Positions 1-12,584 of a stretch of DNA of 64,000 bases are shown in pieces. The first letter of the stretch is position 1. Each line of letters starts with the position of its first letter. A program made the translations under genes and the position numbers. The stretch lies in NCBI RefSeq assembly GCF_018350175.1, contig NC_058368.1:58282001-58346000 (forward strand), read 5' to 3'. This DNA comes from Felis catus (taxonomy: Eukaryota). The notes beneath the pieces are model-generated. The model searched no databases and was not told the DNA's origin. It was given only the letters and a program-made list of their open reading frames with translations.

Positions 1-52
1 GCACAGAGCCTGCTAGAAATTATCTCTCTCCCTCTCTCTGACTCTCCTCCAT

Positions 53-97
<45 letters not shown>

Positions 98-115
98 ATA
101 AATACACTTAAAACA
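1..115 (+). mobile_element. Carnivore/felid SINE (CanSINE), 3' half, cut by window edge
   Basis: GCACAGAGCCTGCT...(CT)n...CAAAATAAATA tail; abuts an old L1. Confidence 0.9.
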
Positions 116-117
116 AA

Positions 118-863
118 ATACACAGTAGGGTAGTACTTTATACCCATTAGGATGGGTAAAATGAAAAAAAACAATAATAAAAAAAACATTATAACAGATG
201 TTGCTACAGCTGTGGAAAAATTGGATCTTTTGTTCACTATTGATGGGATTATAAAATGGTGCAAACACTGGAAAACAGTGTGGAATTTTATCCCTAAAGT
301 AAAAATAGAACTGCAATATGATACAATAATGCCACTTCTGAGTTTTATCCAAAATAATTGAAAGCAGAGTTTGGAAGGGATATCTACACACTCATTTTCA
401 TAGCAGCATTATTCACAGTATCCAAGAGGTAGAAGCAATCCAAATGTCCACTGATACATTAATGGAAAAAGAAAAAGTGGTATTTATAAATGTAAAGTGG
501 AATATTATTCAGCCATAAAAAGAAAGGAAATTATGTCACATGCTACAGCATACATGAACCTTGTGGACATTATGCTAAGTAAAATAAACCAGTCACAAAA
601 AGACAAATACTATATAATTCCACTTATATGAGATATCTAAAGTTGTCACATTCATAGAAACAGAAAGTAGAATGTGGTTCTCAACAACTAGGGGAAAGAG
701 GAAACGGGAGTTGTTCTTCAATAGAGTTTTCAATGTGCAAGATGAAAAAGTTTGGGAGGTCTATTTCATAACAACGTGAATTTACTTAACACTACTGACC
801 TGTACAGTTAAAATGGTTAGAGTGGTAAATTTTATATTATTTATTTTTGCATCATAAAAAAAA
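118..863 (+). mobile_element. Old L1 (L1MB-like), ORF2 C-terminus and 3' UTR
   Basis: Degenerate ORF2 end (..WKTVWNFIPKVKIELQYDTIMPLL..), CATAGCAGCATTATTCACAGTA, TTATGCTAAGTAAAATAAACCAGTCACAAAAAGACAAATAC, A-rich end. Confidence 0.85.
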
Positions 864-1132
864 TCTTCAAGAAACATTTTCATAATTTAAATTTCTAAAC
901 CCATCTACCTTATAAATCAGGAATCAGGTAGGAGTATAGAATAAACTCATTTTCAGACATGTTTTGGCACAATAAAATAGTTCACATAGATCCTTTTAGA
1001 GCACGCTCCTGGAAGACTTATTTCCCAAAACAGGGTTTGGGGGAGGATGTATGCTATGAATGCAGAATATACTAGATCCAGAGCATGGGACCTCCAGTAC
1101 AAGAGTCAGAAGTTAGAAATTCTCCAGATGAT

Positions 1133-1299
1133 GGGGTGCCTGAGTGGCTCAATTGGTTAAAGGTCCAACTCTTGATTTCAGCTCAGGTCTTGATCTCACA
1201 GTTTGTGAGCTAGAGCCCCACGTCTGGTTCTGTGGTAACAGCACAGAGCCTGCTTAGGATTTTCTGTCTCCCTTTCTCTCTTTGTCCTTCCCCATTCAC

Positions 1300-1354
<55 letters not shown>

Positions 1355-1387
1355 CTCTCAAAAATAAATAAATAAACATTAAAAAAA
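1133..1387 (+). mobile_element. Felid SINE, full length
   Basis: tRNA-like head, (CT)n, A tail; perfect 18-bp TSD AGAAATTCTCCAGATGAT at 1115-1132 and 1388-1405. Confidence 0.97.
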
Positions 1388-3964
1388 AGAAATTCTCCAG
1401 ATGATAGGGAAGGACTGTGTCATTATGAAAGCTATATACCAAAATTAAAGAGGCCCCAAATGTTGTCATCAAAATCAAAAATCAATGCATGGCTTAGATG
1501 CTGCTGCTTCTGGTTCCTCCAACAATGAGCTACACTGACTGTATTTAGGATGGAGATTTATGGCAATACAGATTTACGTGAACATTTGGAACAACAAATA
1601 AATAGTAATAAAATGTGAGCAAATTTATTTTGAAAGAATACATGCTGAACAAACAGGGGAGTTGAATAGATTAAAGTCATTATGGATACTGACAAAACAC
1701 TGAATTCATAGAAAAGATAGTGAGTATGTGTCCATTTCCCCCTAATTAAATGCTATTAAGAGAAGAGGAACTTGAACACAAATTCATGTGATCAAAATAC
1801 ATACTTCATTAAAAGAATATGTAAGTATGTTTTCTTTTATATAAATAGAATACAAAAAAATAAGAACCTAAGTCGACACCCTGAGGAGCCAATATATAAT
1901 GCACCACAATTTTCTGGGCCTTGGCCAAATAAGACCAGAACACGATATGTCTATCTTCTTATGAGCTCAATGCTTAAAGTGTGGTTTGGTGTTTTTTTTT
2001 TTTTTTTTTTTTTTTTCATTTTATCACATTAAGACCAGCCCATATGCTAACTCCACAAACATCAACAGATATTAAGATTAGTAATGTTTGTGTATTTCTT
2101 TTTTAAATATTCAATCTACAGATTTTTGCTGTGGTTGTTATTGTCAGTAGTGCTTTTAAAAATAAATATATTTAGGCCTATATCCAAAAGTAGAGCAAAG
2201 TGATGACAAGTTGAGAATTGTGTAAGAGAAAAGATTGAGGGGGATGAGGAGAGAGAGGGAATCCTGAAGACCACTAAAGGCAGGAATTTAATTTAGAGTC
2301 ATTATTTTCAATTTGTTAGGGATGTGCCACAAAAATATCCGGGCTAATACTAAATTCAACTGATTGTTGGAGATCTCGTGTATTAGTCGCCTAACGGCTA
2401 TTTAGAGACTCAGTTCTCTTATATTTTGTTTTCCCTTTCACAACTTTCTTGAGCTTATTTTAACTAGATGGATGTCATATTGTGATCTCTTTCCAATCCC
2501 TCAACTTCAGCAGGAAGCTGGCTTGCAGCTGGAATTCGTAATGTGGTGATGTATCCCAGGACTGTCTGCAGTTACATGTGGCACTTCAAAGACTGTTCAA
2601 AGGGACCAATAGAGAGAATCCAGGGACAGCCTCAGAGTGGCAAGGGGATCAACATGTGAGATGCTGTCTTTGAAGAACCACATGCAGCAGTGAGCGTCAG
2701 AGCTTTCATACATGTGGTATATTTTACTTGAAGAGCCAACTTAATGCGCACAAAGAGGAACCTGGGAAGAATTAAAGCTCCAATGAGCCTGCTTCACTAA
2801 GGAAAACTAACATTCTTTGTTATTTAAACATATATAGAAGAAGTCTTTATGACATTTAAATTTAGGAAATACACCAAAGAAAGAGAAGGAATGAAAAGGA
2901 AGTGAATTCCAGAAAAATAGCTGTGAGCATATAATGCTTATTTACTGATGCTTAGGTTAAAATAAAATAGTGTCTATAATTTCAAAAGTAATGTATTATT
3001 ATTTACATAAACATAAAATATCAGTGTCTTTCTCTAAAGGACCTACCTTATTTCCTGTTAATTAATGGGGGAAAGGATGCATTAACCCTTTCAGGTCACT
3101 AATCAGCATCCCACCCATAAAGTCTAAATGTTGTTTACACATTCACACCTCATTGCCTGATACATGGTAATAACAACCATAACACCATAACAACCAATCC
3201 CCTCTAGAAGGGATGTTGTCAAACCAGTGGCTTGCTCTGAGACAGTAAAACCCACCATTGAATAGCCCAATGTGTTCATTTCTACCAGTAGCTTTGTTTA
3301 GATTAAATACAGCTTAAAGCCTTAGTTCAATCAACATGTGCGTTCCTAAACTGCAAAGTGTATTTCAAGATGTATTATTATAATACAGAAAACATTTGTA
3401 ATATATAGAGGAAATTCAATGAAAACGTTTTCATTTGTGTTGACTAGAAAAATAACTAGTTTTTTAGCTACATTGAAACATAGTCTAAACTATTCTAAAC
3501 ATGGCCATTGCAAATCAAAATGAAATCACTTTGAGATAATAAGCCATCTTAGTCAGCAATCCATAGAGTAAATGTTAAGTTGTGGTAAGTGGAATCATCA
3601 GTAGTTGAAGTGCTATGATTTAATTTCTGTCCCTTGTAAACATATTTAAAATTGTCAAAAAACTCTGTTCATCTAGATAAAAATAAAATGCATATGAAAA
3701 AATATATTATGATTGTCAAGCTACTAGCTTACAATAAAAATAATGCCACAGATGAAATGCCAACATAAGAAAGGAAAGCCTCAAGACCAAAGAGGTACGT
3801 GGGGTCTCAGAACCTTAAAAGTTTTGGGCATCATTAGAGAAAGGTCTGTGGTAGCAATTAACACTTAGTACACTGCTTGTTAGTTCAGGATCAAGTCCTT
3901 ATAATTGCTGACCACATCAGTACCTTAATTTATATTTTTCAGTTTTGAAACATATGAAATATTT

Positions 3965-4171
3965 GGGGCACCTGGGTGGCGCAGTTGGTTAAGGGTCCAA
4001 CCTCTGCTCAGGTCATGATCTCGCAGTTCATGGGTTGAGCCTTGCATCGGGCTCTGTGCTGACAGCTCAGAGCCTGGAGCCTACTTCAGATTCTGTGTCC
4101 CTCTCTTTCTGCCCCTCCCCTGCTCACACTCTATCTCTTTCTGTCTCTAAAAAATAAACATTAAAAAATAA
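3965..4171 (+). mobile_element. Felid SINE, full length
   Basis: Canonical body; TSD AAACATATGAAATATTTG on both sides. Confidence 0.97.
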
Positions 4172-4310
4172 AAACATATGAAATATTTGACAAGGCATAT
4201 TACTATGTTAATACGTATTGAGGCTTTATATCTCTCTAAATTGAAGTGTATTATCTGTTTTTCTTCACATGTGATTCTTTTATTTTTTACTTTATTTCTT
4301 TGTTCTATAT

Positions 4311-4520
4311 ATATATTTTTTTATTTTATTTTTTATTTTTTTTAATTTACATCCAAATTAGTTAACATATAGTGCAACAATGATTTCAGGATTAGATTCC
4401 TTAGTGCCCCTTACCCATTTAGCCCATCCCCCCCCCCACAACCCCTCCAGTAACCCTCAGTTTGTTCTCCGTATTTAAGTCTCTTACGTTTTGTCCCCCT
4501 CCCTGTTTTTATATTATTTT
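4311..4520 (-). mobile_element. Felid/carnivore L1 3' end, 5'-truncated
   Basis: T-rich tail followed by AATTTACATCCAAATTAGTTAACATATAGTG...CCCTCAGTTTGTTCTCC; probable TSD TTTGTTCT(A/G)TAT. Confidence 0.85.
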
Positions 4521-4529
4521 TGTTCTGTA

Positions 4530-5016
4530 TTTTAATTATTTAATAAAAGTGTATATATTTAGGTTATATTATATATAAATACATATTATATGTAGTTAAT
4601 ATATAATAATACATATGGTAAATATACATACAGTGAAATGATTACTGTATGCTAATAATATGCTAATTAGGATGTCTATTTCCTCGTGTAGTTACCATTT
4701 TTTTAATAGTGACAGCGCCTAAAATCTTTTTCAGCAAATTTCCCAAAATTCAAACCATATTATTAGTTATAGTCATAATGCTTTACATCAGATCTCCAGA
4801 ATTTTTCAAGCTACACGAATGCAACTTTGTACTCTTTAAACATCTCCCCATTCCCCCCATCCCCCAACCCCTAGTAACCATTGTTCTACTCCCTGTTTCC
4901 ACAGTTTTAGATGCCACATATAAGTGAAATCATGCAGGTTTTTTTTTTTCTTTCTGGCTTATTTCATTTATCATAATGTCTTCCAGGTTAATCCATGTTG
5001 TTGCAAATGACAGGAT
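4530..5016 (-). mobile_element. Old L1 (L1MA8/9-like) 3' end
   Basis: TATTATTAGTTATAGTCATAATGCT, TAGATGCCACATATAAGTGAAATCATGCAG, CTGGCTTATTTCATTTATCATAATG match L1MA 3' UTR/ORF2 end in reverse. Confidence 0.85.
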
Positions 5017-5349
5017 AACAATAGCAATCTTCTATTTCAGTCTTCAGAGTGTGTGTACATGTGTATATATGTACAAGTACACACATACACATATGCTCGA
5101 TTGAAGTAATTTTAGAAGATATGTATTATTATAAAATAGCTCTATATCTGGTATTATTCGGGGAAAAAAAAGTTCTGATTTAACTGAAATTTCCATTCAG
5201 ATGGAATTAATGGGAATATTTACATCAAAGGAAATGAAGAACAGAGTTTTTTCTATTTACTCTGCATTCCAGAGAGAAGGACATCTCAATATCATCAGTG
5301 TACTACAGAGATCTATAAATTCTGTTTTCTCCACAATGCTTCCTTGTTA

Positions 5350-5920
5350 ATATTTTTGAAAGTATCATTGACTTACAATATCTCATTAGTTCCAGGTGTA
5401 CATCAGAGTGATTTGATATTTTTATATGTTATGACTTATCCCCATGGTAAATCCAGTTACCATTTATCATCATGAAAAGTTATTAGAATATTATTGACTA
5501 TTTTCCCTATGCTGTACATTACATTACTATGACATACTTTTAGCTAGAAGACTTACACCTTTTAATGCAGGTCACCTATTTCACCCACTCTCCAACCACT
5601 CCTCACACTGGTAACCAACAGTTTGTTTTCTGTATCTATGAGTCTGTTTCTGTTTCATTTTATTTGTTCATTTATTTTGTTTTTTAATGAAATAAGAAAA
5701 AGACAAATACCATATGATATCACTTAGAATCTACATATAATGAAATCATATGGTATTTTTCCTTCTTTGACTTATTTCACTTAGCATGGTATCTCTAAAT
5801 CCATTCATGTTGTCATAAATGGTAAGATTTCATTCTTTTTTTATGGCTGAGTAATGTTCATGTATTATATATATATATGTACATATATATATATATGTAT
5901 GTATATATGTATTGCATCTT
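5350..5920 (-). mobile_element. Older carnivore/laurasiatherian L1 3' end
   Basis: GGTAACCAACAGTTTGTTTTCTGTATCTATGAGTCTGTTTCTG, TGACTTATTTCACTTAGCAT, GGTAAGATTTCATTCTTTTTTTATGGCTGAGTAAT. Confidence 0.88.
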
Positions 5921-5989
5921 CTGCATATATTTCTTCAGACCAGTGTTTTCACACAAATGCTTTCTTTCTTCTTTGTGTTAAAATAAATT

Positions 5990-6024
<35 letters not shown>

Positions 6025-6190
6025 TTTTTTAATATATGAAATTTATTGTCAAATTGGTTTCCATACAACATCCAGTGCTCATCCCAAAAGATGCCCTCTT
6101 CAATACCCATCACCTCCCCTCCCCTCCCTCCCACCCTTCATCAACCCTTAATTTGTTCTCAGTTTTTAAGAGTCTCTTATGCTTTGGCTC
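5990..6190 (-). mobile_element. Young felid L1 3' end (about 160 bp plus (TTTA)n tail), inside a SINE tail
   Basis: AATATATGAAATTTATTGTCAAATTGGTTTCCATACAACATCCAGTGCTCATCCCAAAAG; same sequence as the L1 ends at 31624 and 42150. Confidence 0.9.
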
Positions 6191-6381
6191 TATTTATTTT
6201 GAGAAAGAGAGAGACTGGGGATGGAGAGGCAGAGAGAGAGGGAGAGAGTGAGAATTTCAAGCAACTCTGCACCAGCAGTGTGGAGCCCAAAACGGGGCTC
6301 GAATTCACAAACCTTAAGATCATGGTTGGAGGTGAAACCAAGAGTCCAAGGCTTAACTGACTTAGCCACCCAGACATCCTG
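6191..6381 (-). mobile_element. Felid SINE body (tail remnant at about 5967-5990)
   Basis: Reverse SINE; 16-bp TSD ACACAAATGCTTTCTT at 5951-5966 and 6382-6397 brackets SINE plus L1. Confidence 0.93.
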
Positions 6382-6867
6382 ACACAAATGCTTTCTTACC
6401 TTGATTTCTACATAAAATTTTGGCAAAAGAATGATCCAAAGATAGAATAACCCAAAAGGAAACAAAGTTGGAGGGTATGTAAAAATTATTTATAAAATAA
6501 TAAGAATATAAACTAGTAATGATTAAGAACCAATAGATAATATACTTATCCTGAAATTTCAGATAACATAGATATCCTCAAAATATGCATTATCTTTGGA
6601 GGAATATATTATCCACGAATTTTTCTATGAAAATTCACATTCATTCACAATAGTATTTTTCTATTACATCTTTAAAGGTTATGATTCTTCATATAAAAAA
6701 CTGCATTTTAAAATACAGTACATGTTTTCTGTATGAATGATGTATGGAAATGTATAGAATTCCTATATAAAATACTATTTCAGAAAAAGTTACATAATAA
6801 ATATCAAAAAGTAACTAGGAGATAAGGTCTTTTTAAAGGTTTTACTTCTTAAAAATAGTTTCACTTA

Positions 6868-7082
6868 TTTTTTAAAAAACATTTATTTATTTATTTTGAG
6901 AAAGAAAGAGAAAAAGTGCAAGGCTCCCGGCAGAGAGAGCATCAGAGGGAGAAACCCAAGCAGGTTCCGCACTGACAGTGAGGAATCCAGTGCAGAGCTT
7001 ATTCCCACTAACCCATGAGATCATGACCTGAGCAGAAATCAAGAGTTGGGTGCTTAAAAGCTGAGCTACGCAGGCTTCCCCC
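6868..7082 (-). mobile_element. Older carnivore/felid SINE
   Basis: TTTATTTATTTTGAG...ATCATGACCTGAGCAGAAATCAAGAGTTGG...CAGGCTTCCCCC. Confidence 0.92.
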
Positions 7083-7198
7083 AAAATTTTTACTTCTTTA
7101 TTAAGAAGGGAGCTACTTTTAAATTTTATTTATGGTACTTGTCACATTGAATCCCTAAATAAAATTATTAAAACAAGGTAAATTCTACATACATGCAA

Positions 7199-7201
<3 letters not shown>

Positions 7202-7244
<43 letters not shown>
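7202..7244. repeat. (GT)n microsatellite, about 21 units
   Basis: Perfect GT run. Confidence 0.98.
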
Positions 7245-7245
<1 letters not shown>

Positions 7246-7948
7246 TCTACTTCCATTTCTAGTCTTTGTGCGTAGAAAAATACTGTGGTTGCATTCATAC
7301 TGCAAACAATCAACTGACAAGCCACAATTCCCTGGGGCAATAGTCTGAAATATTTAAACTCAAATCTTATATATAAACCAAGCACTCGAGACAGACTAGT
7401 ATCTACAAAATAGCCAATTTTGCTTACTACATTGTTTACAAGATGCTTTCTTAAGTTTAACATTCCTCTAAGGAGTTTCCCAAACATTTTCCATGGATGG
7501 ATCCTAAACAGTAAGGGGAGAAGGAAGAATTCAGAACAATTCCATATGGCCTACCTCATCTTTCTGCAGCACAAAATCAAAACGTATCTAAATCTCCATA
7601 ATTTATTCTTTAAATTTATGCAAATTGTACACTCCATGCCATATCTTTCTTTAGTGTTTAACGTCCCTTCTCAAAATCTTTAAGTAAACCTGATATTCTG
7701 AAAAGCTATGTCATAATAAGTTTAATATAATCCCAGTGTGATATTATTTACCTTCAACAATATTTAGAAGTGACTCTTTAAACAAATCTAATGAAAGATA
7801 TTTTAATGAAAACCTGAAATGCTGATAACTTTTGTAATCATTGTTTAAAATAGATGATTACTTACCCTAGATAGTAAAGTAAAAAATACCACATTAGTGT
7901 TAGCAATTCCTTATTCTCTTTCAAATAAAATAAGCACACATCTTTACA

Positions 7949-8315
7949 TACTATGTAAATGTCCTAATGTTTGTGTGTCCCCCAAATTCATGTGGAAATC
8001 CTAATTTCTGAAGTAATGGAATCAAGAGATAGGCCCTTTTGAAAGAGAGAAGGTTATGAAGACAGGGCCCACATGATTGGAATTAATGCCCTTATAAAAG
8101 AAGCCCCATAGAGCTCCTTAGCCCTTTCTACCATATGGGGATGCAGCAAAATTAAGCAGTCTGCAGCCTAGAAGAGGGTCTTAACCAGAACCTAACCATC
8201 CTGGCACCTGATCTTCAACTTCCAGCTTCCAGAACTGTGAGATGTATATTTCTGTTGTTTATAAGCTATCCATGTGTGTAGTATTTTGTTATAGCAGCCC
8301 AAGGGGACTAAGACA
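7949..8315 (+). mobile_element. MaLR solo LTR (MLT1A-like)
   Basis: AATGTTTGTGTGTCCCCCAAATTCA start; TTCCAGCTTCCAGAACTGTGAGA; end TTTTGTTATAGCAGCCCAAGGGGACTAAGACA. Confidence 0.9.
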
Positions 8316-9254
8316 AAAAGGTAGCTGCTTCTGTGGTATAATTAATTTTTTCATTATTTAGTTAAATTACAAACATTTTGAGGCAGCTTAAAATAGTACA
8401 CATATTTTATGTATATGCACTTTTGTTAATCATCAGCTTTAATGTAGACCATTTACATGCATTCCAGTACCAAGTGTGCAAATTGTATACGTAAAGATAA
8501 GGAATGAGCTGGGCCCAAGGGAGCACTGGTCACAATAAGTGCTAAAATGAAGAGAGAACCTCACTCTCTGTATTGCTATTACACAAATTCATCTTTCAAC
8601 AGATTGGATTTTCACCCTGCCAAATTTGCTTGGCATGGAAAATATCCATTTTTTTAAAAAAGCACTAAATAAATCACTGGGAATTTCCTCCAATTAAACA
8701 AAAATAAACAAAATGAAAAAAGCCAAAGAACCTGAAATACCTTTTTTTTTAAATCTTCATTTTCATTCAGCTACAATTACTTAGCATGTTAATTGCTTTC
8801 CAATGTACTTTGTCATTGCAAGAACACACTTTCATGCCTTCCAGCAGTAATATATAAAATGCTTACTATTATGACCTGAAAATGTTGAGAAGCACACAAA
8901 TTAACAGATTTCCACACACCAAAGCTTAAAGAAACCATCTGAAGAGAAGAAGAAAACAGTACATGAATAGAAATTTTGTTATTCATTGTGTCCTTTCTCA
9001 TACACACATAAACATAACCAAACACAGATACACATACATACACACACTCACACATATTCCCACTTAGCACTGATTATTACTGATAGTAAGGTCATAAATA
9101 TATATTTAATGAGAAATAAATAAACCCATACTGTTCCACACTTGTGTACTCCAACACTATTGATAATAAAAGTAAGCCCAGTGGAGCTGATGAGGAATGT
9201 AAGTAAAGGACACTAATTTACATCATCAGATTTGTATATTTAAAGATCATTCTG

Positions 9255-9481
9255 GGGGCGCCTGGGTGGCTCAGTTGGTTAAGCGTCCAACTTCAGCTCA
9301 GGTCAAGATCTCAAGGTCCGTGAATTCCATCCCCGTGTTGGGCTCTGGGCTAATGGCTCGGAGCCTGGAGCCTGCTTCCGATTCTGTGTCTCCCTCTCTC
9401 TCTGCCCCTGCCCCGTTCATGCTCTGTCTCTCTCTGTCTCAAAAATAAATAAATAAATAAATAAATAAACGTTAAAAAAAA
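9255..9481 (+). mobile_element. Young felid SINE, full length
   Basis: Canonical body; TSD TAAAG(A/G)TCATTCTG. Confidence 0.97.
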
Positions 9482-9754
9482 TAAAGGTCATTCTGGTTTT
9501 AGAACATAAAATTGCAAGAGGTTACAAATTAAAGTAATGGAGGGTTAAAATGCTTATGTAGTAGTTAACAACAAAAAAAGAGAAATGGCACTAAGAATGG
9601 AGAAAATAAACTTATTTGAGGCCATTTTTGAGGCAATGCAGGTGCTTTTTCTCTCCATTTGTCATGGGATTCTGACATAGACCAAATCTTGGATATAGAC
9701 CAGGGGATTTGGTAGAATGTGCAATCGAATGTGGAAGATACAAATAATTAAATA

Positions 9755-10222
9755 CATAGATTTATAAACTAGAGTCCATGACATCTCATGGGATCCATGG
9801 ATTTGGGGTACTAAGTAAAGCAAAAATCTTTATTTTAACTGACTTATACCTGAAATTCAGCATTTCATTCATTGTGTATGCAGGAAAGTAATCCATTAGT
9901 TTTTTTATTTGAATTTATCAGCAGTATAAATTACATATATTTTTATATTACGCTGAAGTTGTTACAGCTTTACTTAATATTTTTAAAGTCTTCTAATAGA
10001 CTACAACTTTGGAATTATGGTATTCATTAAATGTGCCTAGGTCTTATTTTATTGTGTGTAATGAAGAAAGACATACACTGTTTTATCATAAATTTGTTTC
10101 ATATTTGATAACTGCATTGTAACATAATGAATTCCTTTGTAATCTTAGGTATTTTATTTTATGGATTGGTAAAACAGTTTTTCATAATTTCCCACTGGGC
10201 AATGAAATGTTGAGAAATCCCA
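9755..10222 (+). mobile_element. hAT-Charlie DNA transposon relic (MER119-like)
   Basis: GTCCATG..GGATCCATGGA start, TCTTTATTTTAACT..TGAAATTCAGCATTTC, TTTGATAACTGCAT..TTCCTTTGTAATC..TATTTTATTTTATG, degenerate terminal repeat at end. Confidence 0.7.
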
Positions 10223-12584
10223 TATACAATAGTACAACTATGTATATTAGCCTTGTCAGCAGAGTCTATCCTTGACAATAGGAAAGACTTGCTTGTATAT
10301 TAAATAGTTCACCAAATCCTGGTGATGATGATTATTTTTTCCCTATCTTCACAATTTTACCTTATGGTATAGAATACCTAGCAGCAAAACATAGCAAAAT
10401 TGTATGTCAGAATCTGAGGTATGACCCTGAATTGAAGGAAGGCCTGACGGAAGAAGTTAGACAAAAGAACCATAGGAAATGGGTAGCACATCTACAGAGT
10501 GTTTTCTTACTGAATGAAGAGAAAAACTTCTGTGGAACAGTTCAAGAATCAAGATGCAAAGTTCTGATAACATGGCAGGAGATGCAAGGGAAGGTTGTCA
10601 ACAATAAAACTAAAACTCTAATTTCTAGAATACCCCTTGGTGACAATAGATTTGAATGCATCACTGAAGCTTAAAATGAAATTCTCTTTATATATTTTTC
10701 TAGATTTCTTGTTTGGGTACACACTGTATATCCAAGACAAGAATTACTCTTCTGTTATTACCTTTCTTGTGGAAAAAATTATTGACTCTTAATCTTTGAC
10801 ACAGTGACTGTGTACACTTGAATGACAGAATTGAGTCAAGAAATGTTCAATACTATGGCATCAAAACTGCTGCCAGAACTGTTGCTAGTTTCAGTAGTGG
10901 ATGTACATAGGTACAAATCTCCATCATTTTAACACTAAGCCTCTGAATTTTTATAATGGTTAGGAAAGGATATTTCACAGACAGTTGAGGATATCATATC
11001 AGTGAAAACCAATCAAGCATATTTAAGGCAGGGAAGGAGATTTAAAATGTATTTGATTCAAAAAAATCTGATGTCATAAAGAACGAAAGAAAGAAAAAAA
11101 GTCATGAGTGAGGCATAAGAATACCATCACTTCTTTTCCTATAGAACTCTTGACATCCCTTAGGCCATAGGCAAAGTCTAACTATAAAAATAGATTGTCC
11201 TTTGTTTAAGGAATTAGAAATTATATTTAAGGGTCTTTAGTATGTGCAATAGTTACCTGGAGTTAGTTGTCTTAAGCCTACTTTGGGTCAACTGGAAGTC
11301 CCCAAGTAGGCTGTTGAATCAGAGAAATCATGTGCATTGCTAATTCTTTCTAGTGTCACCCTCCATTTAACCCTGTGTGAAAGAAGTCTAAAACCTATTT
11401 AATGTTTTTTGAAAAAAGACTGATATCTAATAATAAGATATTTTCTTTCTCTTTGATCATCAAAAAATAAAAATATAGATGCAGATTCCAAGATCCAAGG
11501 GTTTGTCTTTTTTACTTTGGCTTTTCACTTGATGAAATTTGTTTCTTTCTCATTGTACTTAAAGAACTTCCCTGAAAAAAGATTCTGTCGTCCCACTAGA
11601 AAAAATAGTGATGATGTCTATAATGAATTCTAGTGAAATTATTAGCGAATGGCACAGGAAAATTAACTGCAATAGTTGCATTACTAAAGGGGTGGAGGGA
11701 CTCCAGTGGAACCCAGTTAGGCTTTACTACTGTACTGAAAGCAGTGGGAGTAGTGGCCACTGTGACTTGCCTCGAAAGTGTGTCCTAGACTCAACAGGCC
11801 AGATTAATCTAGTCCCAGATTTTATCACAGTTCATCATAACATTACGGATCTGAGAGGGGCTACACAGGGTTTTCAAATGGAAACCCTCATCTCAAATTT
11901 TATTTGCTGTTGTTGGAGGACAGTTGGCTTCTTGCCATAAAGACCCTGACAGTAATATTTTGATGGAACTGTCAATGAGGGCTACTACGGTGTTTGTTTA
12001 TAAAAGAAAATAAACAGTTGACTTTTTCGAAACACAATAATGCCTTGCTTCCCCAGAATTTCTTCTACTATAATTTGTTTTACACATACAGGAAACAGTT
12101 GCTATATAGCAAAGTATGGATAAATTCGAAAAGACCAAAGTTTTCAAAGTGTTTGGTTGCTTAAGAGAGAAAAATAAAATTGCTATGTTGGAGATGAGAG
12201 GATAGTAAACTATTAGAACACAAAGCAGTAGAACTTGGGAGTTGTGTTTTCTTAACTGGTAATTGACATGACTACTGATTATTGAATAGTTTTCCTTTCT
12301 CTCTGTTCTTTTATTTTCCTTCCATAACTTAAGAAACAAAATATTATATATATATTTTGCTATATTGTATATATATGTATATATGTATATAATCTTCATC
12401 ATATCCCAAAACAGTTTTAAATCCCATTAAAATCCACAAAGGATAATCATTATTATTTGTGCTTTAAAAATGAAAAAAACTGAATCTATTACTCGTTCTA
12501 GTTAATGGAACCTAACTTTGAATCCAAGTCAGGATATTTGAGGATTAGTTTATTTCCCCTTGAAAAGGAAAAAGTTGCCAGTTT

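Noticed and set aside
10432..10674. 80-aa ORF with protein-like composition
   Set aside because: Non-ATG start, purine-rich sequence resembling decayed L2; length expected by chance
11608..11940. 110-aa Cys-containing ORF in a slightly GC-richer patch
   Set aside because: No recognisable homology or motif, and no clear promoter or splice signals; may be an old repeat. A tBLASTn/Dfam search would settle it
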